Origin: a candidate division WOR-3 bacterium
GTDB taxonomy: Bacteria; Hydrothermota; 32-111
DNA: 64,000 bases
Assembly: GCA_039804205.1 (NCBI GenBank)
Contig: JBDRZY010000001.1
Coordinates: 354,595-418,594 of the forward strand
Reading direction: 5' to 3'
Shown here in pieces: positions 22,823 to 33,974 of this stretch. Position 1 is the stretch's first letter. Each line of letters starts with the position of its first letter. The notes under the pieces are model-generated. The model worked only from the letters and a program-made list of their open reading frames with translations, did not search any database and had not been told where the DNA came from. A program made the translations under genes and the position numbers.

Positions 22823-23593
22823 ATGAATTTTTTTAAAAAGAACAGAGAAGAAAAAAGAGTCAAAACAAAAGAGGAAAAAATCATCGATTGGATAGATGCT
22901 ATACTTTTTGCTGTTGTTGCAACATTTCTTTTAAAATCATTTTTTATCCAGTCTTACATGGTGTTTTCAGGTTCAATGTTGAACACACTTCAGATAAACG
23001 ATTTCCTTTTTGTTAACAGGTTAAAGTACTCAACCAATGTTCCAATCACTTCTGAAGAAATAATCAGATACAGAAATCCCCAAAGGGGTGACATAGTAGT
23101 TTTTAAATTCCCTTACGATGGAAGACCTTTTGTAAAAAGATGTGTTGGACTTCCCGGAGATACTATAGAGATAAGAAATAAGATTTTGTATATAAATGGA
23201 AAAACATATAACGAACCTTTTGTTCAACACATCGATTCTGTTGTTTATCCACACATAAACGATTTCTATAAAGGTTATCTTTCTCCGAAAGAGTATCAAA
23301 AGTTATGGGAGAATGGTGAATTCTATATGAACAGATATTTTTCCATACTCCCACGTGATAATTTTGGACCAGTTGTTGTTCCACCTGAGCATTATTTTAT
23401 GCTTGGTGATAATCGTGATAACTCTGATGATTCGAGATTCTGGGGACCTTTACACAGAAAATATATAGTCGGCACACCATTCCTTTACTATTTTTCAATA
23501 GATAAAACACAACCTGTTTGGAAGATCTGGAAATTTGTAAGATTAAACAGAATTTTGAGGCCTGTGAAATTTCAAACTTTTGAATATAAATAA
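22823..23593 (+). CDS. lepB: Signal peptidase I
   Basis: SGSM (catalytic Ser), RGDIVVF, FVKRCVGLPGD (Lys), GDNRDNSDDSRFWG. Confidence 0.96.
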   Translation: MNFFKKNREEKRVKTKEEKIIDWIDAILFAVVATFLLKSFFIQSYMVFSGSMLNTLQINDFLFVNRLKYSTNVPITSEEIIRYRNPQRGDIVVFKFPYDGRPFVKRCVGLPGDTIEIRNKILYINGKTYNEPFVQHIDSVVYPHINDFYKGYLSPKEYQKLWENGEFYMNRYFSILPRDNFGPVVVPPEHYFMLGDNRDNSDDSRFWGPLHRKYIVGTPFLYYFSIDKTQPVWKIWKFVRLNRILRPVKFQTFEYK

Positions 23594-23595
23594 AT

Positions 23596-23670
<75 letters not shown>

Positions 23671-23682
23671 ATTTAAATGTAA

Positions 23683-23710
23683 ATTATATGGTCAAAGAAA
23701 AATTTGTCAA
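23683..23710 (-). promoter_or_regulatory. Sigma70 promoter of tRNA-fMet
   Basis: Minus strand TTGACA-16-TATAAT. Confidence 0.75.
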
Positions 23711-23729
23711 GAGATTTTTGAAAATGGTA

Positions 23730-23757
23730 TTGACTTATTCTTTTATTCTATTATATT
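23730..23757 (+). promoter_or_regulatory. Sigma70 promoter of ferredoxin
   Basis: TTGACT-16-TATATT; divergent from tRNA-fMet promoter. Confidence 0.6.
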
Positions 23758-23785
23758 AAAGAAAACACTAAAAAAGGAGTTTAGG

Positions 23786-23968
23786 ATGAAAGTGAAAGTT
23801 GATCAGGAAAAATGTATAGGTTGTGGTGTTTGTATCAATACCTGTCCAGATGTTTTTGAACTCAACGATGATTCAAAAGCACAGGTTAAAGATGATGCTG
23901 ATTTTGACTCCTGCGATCTTGATGAGGCAATAGATAATTGTCCAACAGAGGCGATTGTTGAGGAATAA
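23786..23968 (+). CDS. Monocluster [4Fe-4S] ferredoxin (60 aa)
   Basis: CIGCGVC..CP...C...CP pattern; SD AAGGAG; true start downstream of the ORF-track start. Confidence 0.93.
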   Translation: MKVKVDQEKCIGCGVCINTCPDVFELNDDSKAQVKDDADFDSCDLDEAIDNCPTEAIVEE

Positions 23969-24587
23969 AGTAAAGCCGGTTTTAACCGGCTTTTTTTTTC
24001 TTTTACACTCCATCTTTCTAAAAGCAGACGGTTCCTACATCGATTCAATAATCAGCAAAAATAATTTTTACAATTACGAGTTTTTTTTCATCAAAAGTTT
24101 AAAACTGTTTTCTGGAGAACTGATTGGAAACATAAACGGGAAAATAGTTTTAACTGAAGATTCAACAAAACTCTATCTTGTTGATAAAAATAAATCTTTT
24201 GTGATAGGTTATAACAGAAAAGGTGTTTTTGAGGAAAGGGATGGGAAAAAAATATATCAAAAAAATATTTCACTTCTTAAAGATCTTGAAATAACAACAA
24301 CCCTGAACCCGATGTCAAAACTTAAAAACACAAAATATACATTAAAGGAAAACTGTTTTGATTTTTTCCCTGTAAACGGTAAAGTAGATAAGGTTAAAAT
24401 TTTCTTCACTAAAAATTTTTTATACGATTCAATATTTTTCATAAAGGGAATTGATACGGTTATGTCTACATTTTACAGATATGATGATAAATTTTTTCCT
24501 GTGGAGATAACAACTTATGACAGATTGAAAGGGATTGTGGAAAATATAAAAAATTATAGAATAAAAACTATTGATTTTTTTAAATAA
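23955..24587 (+). CDS. Hypothetical secreted protein, possibly LolA-like fold (start TTG 23955 or 23958)
   Basis: Signal-peptide-like N-terminus ending FLKA|D; beta-strand-rich; fills the gap to the next promoter. Confidence 0.55.
   Translation: MLRNKVKPVLTGFFFLLHSIFLKADGSYIDSIISKNNFYNYEFFFIKSLKLFSGELIGNINGKIVLTEDSTKLYLVDKNKSFVIGYNRKGVFEERDGKKIYQKNISLLKDLEITTTLNPMSKLKNTKYTLKENCFDFFPVNGKVDKVKIFFTKNFLYDSIFFIKGIDTVMSTFYRYDDKFFPVEITTYDRLKGIVENIKNYRIKTIDFFK
23972..23999 (+). terminator. Intrinsic terminator after ferredoxin, lying inside the next ORF
   Basis: GCCGGT-loop-ACCGGC followed by T9. Confidence 0.85.
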
Positions 24588-24598
24588 TTTTATACACT
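24571..24598 (+). promoter_or_regulatory. Sigma70-like promoter of the microprotein gene
   Basis: TTGATT-16-TACACT followed by SD AAAGGAGG. Confidence 0.5.
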
Positions 24599-24619
24599 TA
24601 TATTCAAAAGGAGGTCTTG

Positions 24620-24794
24620 ATGAAACTCAATCTTTTTATCGTTTTGGTTTTAATACTTGTTTCAATTTTTGTATTTGCTTCATTCACATTCACATTCAAT
24701 GTTTCCCAGTGTTGTTGTTATACATACAGCAATGGTAGCAGTGTGAAAACGGTTTCTGTTTCACCATATTCAACAGGGATGAATTTTATTCTGA

Positions 24795-24802
<8 letters not shown>
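24620..24802 (+). CDS. Small secreted beta-rich protein with CCC motif (60 aa, about 40 aa mature)
   Basis: Strong SD 5 nt before ATG, Sec signal ending VFA|S, stop overlaps next start (ATGAGTAA). Confidence 0.7.
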
Positions 24803-25607
<805 letters not shown>

Positions 25608-25613
25608 TTTATA

Positions 25614-25641
25614 TTGACATATAGATTAAAAATGATAAAAT
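25614..25641 (+). promoter_or_regulatory. Strong sigma70 promoter of the lipoprotein-LysM operon
   Basis: TTGACA-16-TAAAAT with TG extension; SD AAAGGAGGT. Confidence 0.75.
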
Positions 25642-25661
25642 GTTATCAAAGGAGGTTTTAA

Positions 25662-25907
25662 ATGAAGAAAATTTTAATCATTTTGGTTCTATCACTTCTT
25701 CTCCTTTCTTTATTTATAACTGGATGTGGTCCAAAGAAAGCCACTCAGGCACAACTTTCTCAACTTGAAGAGTTGAAGATGGCAGCGGATCAGGCAGAAG
25801 CACAGTATGCTGATTGTCAGAAAAAGGTTGAAGAGTTGAAAAAAGAGAAAGAAACTCTTCTGAAAGAGATCGAAGAGTTGAAGAAAGAGATTAAAATCTA
25901 TAAATAA
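25662..25907 (+). CDS. Small coiled-coil lipoprotein (Lpp-like architecture)
   Basis: Lipobox ITG|C22; mature 60 aa is almost all heptad repeats; ends in Lys (KIYK). Confidence 0.85.
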   Translation: MKKILIILVLSLLLLSLFITGCGPKKATQAQLSQLEELKMAADQAEAQYADCQKKVEELKKEKETLLKEIEELKKEIKIYK

Positions 25908-25919
25908 GAGAGGTGAAAG

Positions 25920-26336
25920 ATGAAAAGTAAACTTTTTATTGTCGTTTTATTGTTGATCCTCTCAACAGTTATCTTTGCTCAGACAATGACTGAAAAGGAA
26001 GTTCTCGATGCTATAGCAAAAGAACAGGCACGCCTTGATGCAGCGAACGCAAAGATTGAAGAGTGCAAAAATACTCATTCTCCACTTATGACTGAAGTTG
26101 AAAATTTAAGAAAAGAAAAAGAACAACTTATAGCAGAACTGAACAATCTGAAAGAAACAAGAGGATTCTATATTGTAAAACCTGGTGACTGGCTTTCAAA
26201 ACTTGCTGAATACAAAGAGGTCTATGGAAAAGGTGGATGGAAAAGATGGCCTGAAATCTACAGAGCAAACAAAAGGTTGATAAAGGATCCAAATCTTATA
26301 TATCCAAACTGGAAGTTAACAATTCCAAGACCATAA
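25920..26336 (+). CDS. Secreted coiled-coil protein with C-terminal LysM domain
   Basis: Signal ending IFA|Q, coiled coil, [13 protein letters not shown]...WPEIYRAN...PNLIYP..KLTIP. Confidence 0.92.
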   Translation: MKSKLFIVVLLLILSTVIFAQTMTEKEVLDAIAKEQARLDAANAKIEECKNTHSPLMTEVENLRKEKEQLIAELNNLKETRGFYIVKPGDWLSKLAEYKEVYGKGGWKRWPEIYRANKRLIKDPNLIYPNWKLTIPRP

Positions 26337-26347
26337 GTTAAATTTTA

Positions 26348-26372
26348 GATGGGCTGTTTTAAACAGCCCATC
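26348..26372 (+). terminator. Stem-loop after the LysM gene (terminator or stabiliser; no U-tract)
   Basis: GATGGGCTGTTT-T-AAACAGCCCATC perfect inverted repeat. Confidence 0.7.
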
Positions 26373-26379
26373 AAATGTT

Positions 26380-27300
26380 ATGTTTCAGTTAGAAGAAAAG
26401 ATTAAGTTATTTTTCAACAGATACCCTAATTACAGAGATTTAATAGATTCAAATCTGAAGGGTAGTATCACTTTTACAGATGGAAATTATTTTTTTGAGG
26501 GGAGTGAAGATAATTTTTTGAAGTTGAAAAATATAGTTTCAAAACTGATAGAAATTGAGAATGACAAAGGGTACCTTGAAAGAACTGATGTTGTAAGTTC
26601 TATTTCAAAAAGTATAAATGATCTTTCTCTTGGAAAAGATCAGAATATTTATTATTTACCAAAGAAGATAATAAAAGCGAGAACGAAAGGACAGGAAAAA
26701 TATATTGAATCTTTAAACAGATACGATATAGTTGTTGCGATTGGACCGGCAGGCACGGGAAAAACCTTTCTTGCGGTAGCGAAAGCGCTGAATGAACTTT
26801 TGAAAAAAAATGTTTCAAAAATAATTCTAACAAGACCTGCTGTTGAAGCTGGTGAGAACCTTGGATTTTTGCCTGGTGATTTGAAGGAAAAAATCGATCC
26901 ATATCTAAGGCCTCTTTATGATGCTTTGTATGATCTTGCCGATAAAGATCGAATTGATAGGATGATAAGGGATGGGATAGTTGAGATCGCTCCACTTGCA
27001 TACATGAGGGGAAGAACACTTTCAAATTCTTATCTTCTTCTTGATGAAGCACAGAATACGACATCGATGCAGATGAAAATGTTTTTAACGAGACTGGGAG
27101 TGAGATCGAAAGCGATAATAACAGGTGATATAACACAGATAGATCTATCGATAAGATCGTCATCAGGTCTTGTCGAGTTACAGGATATCGTTAAGGATAT
27201 TAAAGAGATTTCGTTTGTTCATCTAACCTCTGAAGATGTTGTGAGACACCCTCTTGTCAAGGATATAATCGATGCATATTCTTCATACAATAAAAAGTAA
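26380..27300 (+). CDS. phoH: PhoH-family ATPase
   Basis: [38 protein letters not shown]. Confidence 0.95.
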   Translation: MFQLEEKIKLFFNRYPNYRDLIDSNLKGSITFTDGNYFFEGSEDNFLKLKNIVSKLIEIENDKGYLERTDVVSSISKSINDLSLGKDQNIYYLPKKIIKARTKGQEKYIESLNRYDIVVAIGPAGTGKTFLAVAKALNELLKKNVSKIILTRPAVEAGENLGFLPGDLKEKIDPYLRPLYDALYDLADKDRIDRMIRDGIVEIAPLAYMRGRTLSNSYLLLDEAQNTTSMQMKMFLTRLGVRSKAIITGDITQIDLSIRSSSGLVELQDIVKDIKEISFVHLTSEDVVRHPLVKDIIDAYSSYNKK

Positions 27301-29407
27301 TTTGAAAAAATTTTATTTTGATATAATACTTATCCTTATACTTGTTATTTTTTTCAATATTTTTTATCCATCAACCTTTTCAAAGATTCCCCAGTTAAAA
27401 AAGGGAGATATTTCACCCAAGGATATAGTTGCTCCTTTCACTTTTGACATCATTAAAAATAAAGATATTCTTATAAAAGAAAAGGAGAGAGCGTACGATA
27501 ACACTCCACCTGTTCTTGTTTACGACGAAAATCGAAACCTTGAAATAATAAACAATTTTAATTCTTTAAAAAATTTTGTTGATTCACTAAATAAAAATGT
27601 ATGGAAAAACGATTTAAAAAGAAAAGTTCTAAAAGATAGCATAAAGAATCTTTCTGATGATCTTATAAACATACTTATCTCTGACCAGTCAAAAAATGTT
27701 TTAAATTTCGTTGAAAATTCTTTAAAACAGATACTCGAAATTGGTGTTATAGGTGATAAAAGTGTAATTCCCTTTGGAAAAGACAGAAAAATTTCCTTGA
27801 AAAGATCAAACAGGGAAACAGTGAAATATGAAAATGAAATCTTCGATCTTGCCCAGGCAAACGAATATTTGAAAAAAGAGATAATAAAAAAATATTCTGG
27901 TAACTCATACCTTTTAAAATATGGTCTGGAGATGTTCCAGTATCTTTTAAAACCTAACATATTTTTTGATAGAGATGAAACCTCGTTCAGGAGAGAAAAA
28001 GCAAAAAATGAAGTTTCTGAAAAAGTTGGAATAGTTTTAAAAGGTGAAGTGATTGTGAAAGCCAACCAGGTTGTGGATCAGACAGTTGAGGATAAAATTT
28101 ATTCACTCAACAGATTTCTAAAAGGTGAGGAGAATTTAAAACAGAAAATTCTAAACACTCTATATAAAAATTTAATACTTGTAATCTCTTTCATACTCTA
28201 TCTTGTTTTCATAAACACACAGTTCTCAAAGTTATCATTGAGAAAGAGGGATAAACTTTTCGTGTCATGCCTTTATCTTATCAACCTTGGAGTTTATGGT
28301 TTTTTCTATGAATTCCCAAACATTGAGTACATAGTTCCACTCATTTTGACATCAATTCTTCTTTCACTTCTTTACAGTAAAACTTTTTCTTTGATAACAC
28401 TCCTGTTCATTCTAACATCTTTGATCCTCTATTCAGGTATGAGGTTGTATGGATTACTTGCTGTTTTGATCTCATCGATATATTCTATATTCTTTATAAA
28501 GGATGAAAATTTGAAGAAGAACTTTTTTGGTATAGTTTTTAAAATTTCGGTTATAAACCTTTCATTGGCGTTTTTCATAGAACTCTATCGGGAATCATCT
28601 ATGTCAAACATTTTTATTTCGATGGTCTACAGTTTTATTAATCCTGTTCTTTCTTTTGTTTTGATGATGTTTACGATAAAATATATTGAAAATCTGCTAC
28701 AGAGGTTGACGAATGTTACCCTTTTTGAACTTTCGGATCTGAACAATGAACTTTTAAAAGAACTTTCAGAAAAAACATCGGGGACATACAACCATAGCAT
28801 AATAGTTAGCCGTCTTGCTGAAAAGATCGCACAGGAGATAGATGCTGATCTTTTGCTTGTTCGTGTTGGTTCTTACTACCACGATATTGGAAAGATGCTA
28901 AAACCTGAATATTTTATTGAGAACCAGTTTAAAGGTGTAAATCCTCACGAGAATCTTCCGTATGAAATTTCAGCCGAGATAATAATCGAACATGTTCAGA
29001 ACGGTTTAAAACTTGCCCAGAAATACAAACTACCGGAAAAAATAAGTAGATTTATTATAACACATCATGGCACCACAACGGTTGGGTATTTTTATGAGAA
29101 AGCGAAAGAATCGAAAAAAAACTTTAATCCAGAACAGTTCAGATATCCAGGACCTTTACCTTCAAGTAAAGAGGAGACGATAGTTATGCTTTCCGATTCG
29201 ATCGAAGCTGCTGTTAGAAGTATCAACATCACCGATGATGAAAGTTTAAAGGAAATTATTGAAAAGATTATAAATAACAGGATCGTCGAGAATCAATTCA
29301 TAGAATCTGAGATCACTCTTAAAGACATCGAAAAGATCAAAGAGGTTTCGTTTGAATTTTTTAAAGGTATCTACCATCCGAGGATAGATTATGTTGCAAA
29401 AAAATAA
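27272..29407 (+). CDS. 7TM-HD phosphohydrolase (PgpH-like cyclic-di-AMP phosphodiesterase)
   Basis: Extracytoplasmic domain, 7 TMs, [37 protein letters not shown]. Confidence 0.9.
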   Translation: MHILHTIKSNLKKFYFDIILILILVIFFNIFYPSTFSKIPQLKKGDISPKDIVAPFTFDIIKNKDILIKEKERAYDNTPPVLVYDENRNLEIINNFNSLKNFVDSLNKNVWKNDLKRKVLKDSIKNLSDDLINILISDQSKNVLNFVENSLKQILEIGVIGDKSVIPFGKDRKISLKRSNRETVKYENEIFDLAQANEYLKKEIIKKYSGNSYLLKYGLEMFQYLLKPNIFFDRDETSFRREKAKNEVSEKVGIVLKGEVIVKANQVVDQTVEDKIYSLNRFLKGEENLKQKILNTLYKNLILVISFILYLVFINTQFSKLSLRKRDKLFVSCLYLINLGVYGFFYEFPNIEYIVPLILTSILLSLLYSKTFSLITLLFILTSLILYSGMRLYGLLAVLISSIYSIFFIKDENLKKNFFGIVFKISVINLSLAFFIELYRESSMSNIFISMVYSFINPVLSFVLMMFTIKYIENLLQRLTNVTLFELSDLNNELLKELSEKTSGTYNHSIIVSRLAEKIAQEIDADLLLVRVGSYYHDIGKMLKPEYFIENQFKGVNPHENLPYEISAEIIIEHVQNGLKLAQKYKLPEKISRFIITHHGTTTVGYFYEKAKESKKNFNPEQFRYPGPLPSSKEETIVMLSDSIEAAVRSINITDDESLKEIIEKIINNRIVENQFIESEITLKDIEKIKEVSFEFFKGIYHPRIDYVAKK

Positions 29408-29813
29408 AATAAACATTTATAAAAAACCAAAAAAAATTAAAAAAAGTGTCAAAGAGTTAAAACTCTGGATAGAGGATGTTTTGCTTCTTAATGGTTTTAC
29501 TGGTTTTATTGTGAATTTCATTTTCGTTGATGAATATGAGATCAGAATGATGAATAAAAAATACAGAAGGATCGATAAACCAACAGATGTGATATCATTT
29601 TCCCTTGTCGAAGGGAAATTTACAAAGTATTCATACAATATGCTTGGAGATGTTTATATTTGTGTTCAGCAGATCAAGCCCGATAACGAAAAAGATATTT
29701 TAAGAAGGATGATACATGGAGTTTTGCATCTTGTTGGTTATGATCATAAAAGGGAAAATGACTTTAAAAAGTTTATTGAACTTGAAGAAAAATATCTTTC
29801 ACTTATAGTTTGA
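29391..29813 (+). CDS. ybeY: rRNA maturation endoribonuclease YbeY
   Basis: N..YR..DKPTDVISF, LGD, HGVLHLVGYDH. Confidence 0.95.
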   Translation: MLQKNKINIYKKPKKIKKSVKELKLWIEDVLLLNGFTGFIVNFIFVDEYEIRMMNKKYRRIDKPTDVISFSLVEGKFTKYSYNMLGDVYICVQQIKPDNEKDILRRMIHGVLHLVGYDHKRENDFKKFIELEEKYLSLIV

Positions 29814-30727
29814 TGTTTGATATATTACTTTTTTTGTTTTTCTCTCTGTCATCTTTTTTAATTTCTGGAATAGAAACATCTTTCTTTTCCTTATCAACTT
29901 TTGAACTGAAAAAATTTTCAAAAAAAATAAGTTTTTTGGAAAAACTTTCAGAAGAAAAGAACACCCTTTTGTTTTTTCTTATTTCACTCAACACATTTTT
30001 CAATGTTGGCATAGTTATACTGTTTAATAAAGTTATCAGTAAAGTTGATACAAGAATAGATTATAAAGTATTTGAAATCCTCTTTCTACTTTTTTACATT
30101 CTTTTCTTCTGTGAGATTTTGCCAAAAACTTTGTCGATCTACCAAAAGATTATGTTTTTAAAAAGTTTTTTGTTTTTTTTCCCGTTTTTCAAGGTTTTTC
30201 AATATATCTTGAAAATTTTTTTTAAAGAAAAGAAGATAAAGATGAAAAAAATTGAAACAGATTTTGAGTCAATATACTATTTTCTAGAAGAACATAAGGA
30301 AAATATAGAAAACGAGTATATTTTTTTGAAGGGTTATTACGAATTGAAAGATAGAAATATTTACGAATTAGCTCCACAGAAAGAAAAGATTGTAAAGATA
30401 GAAAAAGGTTCTGTTGTGAAGGATGCACTTTCATTATATAAAGAAAAAAAATTTTCAAGGATACCTGTTTTTGAAAAGGAAAATCCTGTTGGGGTTTTAT
30501 ATATCAAAGATCTTCTTTTTAAAGATGAAAGAGAAGTTATTGATGGATACATTAAAAATTTTGAAAGGGTTGAATATGACCAAAAGTTACATGAAGTTTT
30601 AAATCTTATTATAAAAAAGAGAATACACATAGTTTTTATTTTCAAAAAAGATAGTTTTTATTCAATAATAACACTTGATGATATAGTATATAAAATTTTG
30701 AAAGGTTTAAAGATAACAAATGTATAA
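29813..30727 (+). CDS. CNNM (DUF21) + CBS domain protein, no CorC domain
   Basis: SGIETSFFSL, EILPK, FSRIPV, GVLYIKDL. Confidence 0.82.
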   Translation: MFDILLFLFFSLSSFLISGIETSFFSLSTFELKKFSKKISFLEKLSEEKNTLLFFLISLNTFFNVGIVILFNKVISKVDTRIDYKVFEILFLLFYILFFCEILPKTLSIYQKIMFLKSFLFFFPFFKVFQYILKIFFKEKKIKMKKIETDFESIYYFLEEHKENIENEYIFLKGYYELKDRNIYELAPQKEKIVKIEKGSVVKDALSLYKEKKFSRIPVFEKENPVGVLYIKDLLFKDEREVIDGYIKNFERVEYDQKLHEVLNLIIKKRIHIVFIFKKDSFYSIITLDDIVYKILKGLKITNV

Positions 30728-31934
30728 TCTATTTTTTGCATTTCTTTTTTTATTTATCTCTTTTTCACTTTCAGCGAGTGAAATGTCCTTCGTTTCATCA
30801 AACAAAATATTTTTGAAAATAAAATCGAAAAAAAACAGAATGTATTTAAAACTTTTAAATTTTCTCAATAAACCACAAAATTATCTTTATACGATTTTGA
30901 TCTCAAACAACTTAGCCAACATACTTATCACAACTTTTATGGAAAGATTTTTTATTGAAAAGAATTTGATCTTTTCACCTCTTGTTTCTACACTTTACAT
31001 TTCCCTTTTGATAATGGTGGTCGGGGAAATCATACCGAAATATATAGTTTATGAGAAGAGTGAGTTCTATTCACTCATTTTTTTCTATCCAGTTAAAATA
31101 TTATATTTTTTACTCTATCCTTTGATTAAGGTAATTTATAAGATAAACCAAATTTTCATAATAAAGGAACAGAAAGGTCTGAGTAAAGTAATCCTTGAGA
31201 GTGAAAACATAAGAGAGTTATTATTGAAAAATCTTGATTTTGATGAGGGTACTGGTATAGAAGAAGATATCCTTAAAGGGATTTTTAAAGTAAAAGATAT
31301 GAAAGTAAAAGATATATCGGTTAAAAGAAAAGAAGTTTTAATGGTTTCTGATAATATTAAGGAGGAAGAGTTCAAAAAAATATTAATAGGATCAAAAAAA
31401 ATATATTCAAAAATTCCAGTTTATAAAGATAGTATAGATAACATAGTTGGTATTTTAAACATTTTCGATCTCTTAAAAACAAAAGAGTTTGAAATAAAAA
31501 AAGTTTTAAAAAAACCTTTATTTGTAAATGAATCGGTTTCGATTGGAAGTGTCTTGAACGAGATGAATTCAGTTAGTGAAAATTTTGCCATCGTTATCGA
31601 TGAATATGGGGGATTTGAAGGTATCGTTACAAAAGAAGATATCATAGAGGTAATCTTTGGAGATATTGAAGATGAGCATGATACGATTGAAGAACAGGAA
31701 AATCTTCTTGGTATAGAAAATGGCGATGTTTCTATAGATGATTTTTGTGAAAAATATAATGTGAAAATAAAAAGTAAAAATTTTGTTACACTGTCAGGTT
31801 ACATAGTTTACACTTTAAAAAGATTCCCTGAAAAAAATGATATTGTAATTGTTGATAATAAGATTAAAATAATAGTTCTTGAAGTTAAAAATATGGTTGT
31901 AAAAAAAGTGAAGATCGAGGAGATCAAAAAATGA
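30720..31934 (+). CDS. Hemolysin/CorB-family CNNM-CBS-CorC transporter
   Basis: SASEMSF, GEIIPK, VIDEYGGFEGIVT.EDIIE.IFGDIEDEHD, TLSGY. Confidence 0.88.
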   Translation: MYNLFFAFLFLFISFSLSASEMSFVSSNKIFLKIKSKKNRMYLKLLNFLNKPQNYLYTILISNNLANILITTFMERFFIEKNLIFSPLVSTLYISLLIMVVGEIIPKYIVYEKSEFYSLIFFYPVKILYFLLYPLIKVIYKINQIFIIKEQKGLSKVILESENIRELLLKNLDFDEGTGIEEDILKGIFKVKDMKVKDISVKRKEVLMVSDNIKEEEFKKILIGSKKIYSKIPVYKDSIDNIVGILNIFDLLKTKEFEIKKVLKKPLFVNESVSIGSVLNEMNSVSENFAIVIDEYGGFEGIVTKEDIIEVIFGDIEDEHDTIEEQENLLGIENGDVSIDDFCEKYNVKIKSKNFVTLSGYIVYTLKRFPEKNDIVIVDNKIKIIVLEVKNMVVKKVKIEEIKK

Positions 31935-32770
31935 GGATAAACACAAAAGATATTTTTTATCTCGCTTTAGGAATCATACTATGTTCTATTGGGTACACAT
32001 TTTTCCTTGTCCCTGGAAAGATAAGTACAGGGGGTATTTCGGGTATATCGATGGTTTTACATCATGTATTCAAAACACCTTTTGGAATAGTGATGATAAT
32101 TTTAAATATCCCTCTCCTTATAGGGAGTATAAAACTTTTTGGAACGCTTTTTGTTATAAGGACATTGATTTCAATTCTTTTGATAGGTTTTTTTTCGGAT
32201 ATATTGAGTTATTTTAAATTTTTGATTTTTGAAGGAAACCAGTTGCTCGCAACACTTTATGGGGGAGTGATTTTAGGTATAGGTCTTGGTTTTGTATTCA
32301 AAGGTAAAGGTTCAACAGGTGGAAGTGATATAATCGGAAGGATGATAAACAGATTTACTACGATTTCTATAGGAACATCGATTTTTATAGTTGACTCAAT
32401 AGTTATAGGTCTTACTGGAATCGTTTTTAAAAGTTATGAACTGATACTTTATTCGTATCTTTCACTCTATCTTTCAAGTAAAATGATAGATCTCGTATTG
32501 GAAGGACAGGACTATGCAAAAGGAGTGTTCATATTCACAAATAGACCTGAAGAGATTTCAAATGAAATAATAAATAAACTCAAAAGGGGAGTTTCAGGTT
32601 TCAATGGAAAAGGGATGTATTCAAAGGAAGAAAAAACAATTCTATATTGTGTTGTTGCAAGAAGAGAAATATCGATTTTGAGTAAGATCATAGAGGATAT
32701 AGATAAAGATGCTTTTGTTGTTGTATCAAACGTTTATGAAGTTATGGGTAAAGGTTTTCCGAGAAGATGA
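31931..32770 (+). CDS. YitT-family membrane protein
   Basis: TGGISG, NIPL, GSTGGSD, RGV..G.G.YS, IDKDAF...EV.G.GF. Confidence 0.92.
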   Translation: MRINTKDIFYLALGIILCSIGYTFFLVPGKISTGGISGISMVLHHVFKTPFGIVMIILNIPLLIGSIKLFGTLFVIRTLISILLIGFFSDILSYFKFLIFEGNQLLATLYGGVILGIGLGFVFKGKGSTGGSDIIGRMINRFTTISIGTSIFIVDSIVIGLTGIVFKSYELILYSYLSLYLSSKMIDLVLEGQDYAKGVFIFTNRPEEISNEIINKLKRGVSGFNGKGMYSKEEKTILYCVVARREISILSKIIEDIDKDAFVVVSNVYEVMGKGFPRR

Positions 32771-33315
32771 TAAAAACTTCTTATATAGAAACTGAAGGAA
32801 TAGTTTTCAAAAAAAACAAGTATCTTGAGAGCAGTGGACTTATAGAAGTTTTTACACCAATGTTCGGTTGTAAAAATTTTCTGGTAAAGGGTCTTTACAG
32901 AAAGAACAGAAGGTTTCAATCACCTCTTGAACAACTCTCAGTTAACTTTTTAGAAATATTTTATAAAGAGAATAGGGAACTTAATATAGTCACAAAAGCA
33001 CATATATTGTTTTATCCTGAAGGTATTGTAAAAGATTTGGAAAAATTTAATCTAATGATTGGAATGATTAAAATTTTAAGAAAACAGAAATACCCGACCG
33101 AAAGTGTTGGAAAACTATATGAACTTTTAAAAAACTCGATTTTTAAGTTAAATTCATCTAGAGAGAATGAAAAAATTTATTTTGATTTTCTCGAAAATTA
33201 TCTTGATATCGAAGGTTTTATGAACGATAAAATTAGAAATGAAAATTTAAAAAAATTAGTGTTAAAAGAAAGAATAAAACATTATGAAACTTTAATTGGA
33301 AAATTGAATTTATGA
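32767..33315 (+). CDS. recO: DNA repair protein RecO (short form)
   Basis: EGIV....Y.E......FT...G....V KG N-terminal OB-fold pattern; position downstream of phoH-ybeY. Confidence 0.78.
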   Translation: MIKTSYIETEGIVFKKNKYLESSGLIEVFTPMFGCKNFLVKGLYRKNRRFQSPLEQLSVNFLEIFYKENRELNIVTKAHILFYPEGIVKDLEKFNLMIGMIKILRKQKYPTESVGKLYELLKNSIFKLNSSRENEKIYFDFLENYLDIEGFMNDKIRNENLKKLVLKERIKHYETLIGKLNL

Positions 33316-33974
33316 AAAATTATAAAAATATAATATTCGATCTCGATGGAACTTTAACTGATTCAAAAGAGGGAATAATAGATTCTCTTGATTATTCTCT
33401 TCAACATTTTGGAATCAAAATTGAGAAAAACAGGTTAGAAAAATATATAGGTGAACCTCTTTTTAAAATCTACAGAGAAGTTCTTAAAACCGAAAACAGA
33501 GAAAAAATAGATCTTGCGGTGAGTTTATACAGAAAAAAATTTGAGGAAGATGGAATGTTCAAAAATAGAGTGTATGATGGTATCTATGAACTTTTAGATA
33601 GTTTGAATAGAAATGGGAAAAATCTTTTTCTTGCAACTATAAAACCGACGAAATTTGCTCAGAAAATTTTAGAAAATTTTTCTCTTATGAAATATTTTAT
33701 ACATGTTCAGGGAACAGAAATGGATGGTTCGAATGCGAGTAAAGAGGAGTTGATCAATTCGATTATAACAAGATTCAATATTGAAAAAAACAGTGTGGTT
33801 ATGGTTGGAGATAGGAAAAGTGATTTTGATGGAGCGAAGTTTAACACTATTGATTCCATAATCGTTTGTTATGGTTATATTGATGAAAATGAAAAAAAAT
33901 TGATAAGCCCGACATTTTTTGCAAGTGATGTTTTAGAACTCAAACAAATTTTGATAGGAGAAAAAGATGGGTGA
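33312..33974 (+). CDS. HAD-superfamily phosphatase (phosphoglycolate phosphatase/5'-nucleotidase-like)
   Basis: FDLDGTLTDS, AT.K, MVGDR..D, YGY. Confidence 0.9.
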   Translation: MKNYKNIIFDLDGTLTDSKEGIIDSLDYSLQHFGIKIEKNRLEKYIGEPLFKIYREVLKTENREKIDLAVSLYRKKFEEDGMFKNRVYDGIYELLDSLNRNGKNLFLATIKPTKFAQKILENFSLMKYFIHVQGTEMDGSNASKEELINSIITRFNIEKNSVVMVGDRKSDFDGAKFNTIDSIIVCYGYIDENEKKLISPTFFASDVLELKQILIGEKDG

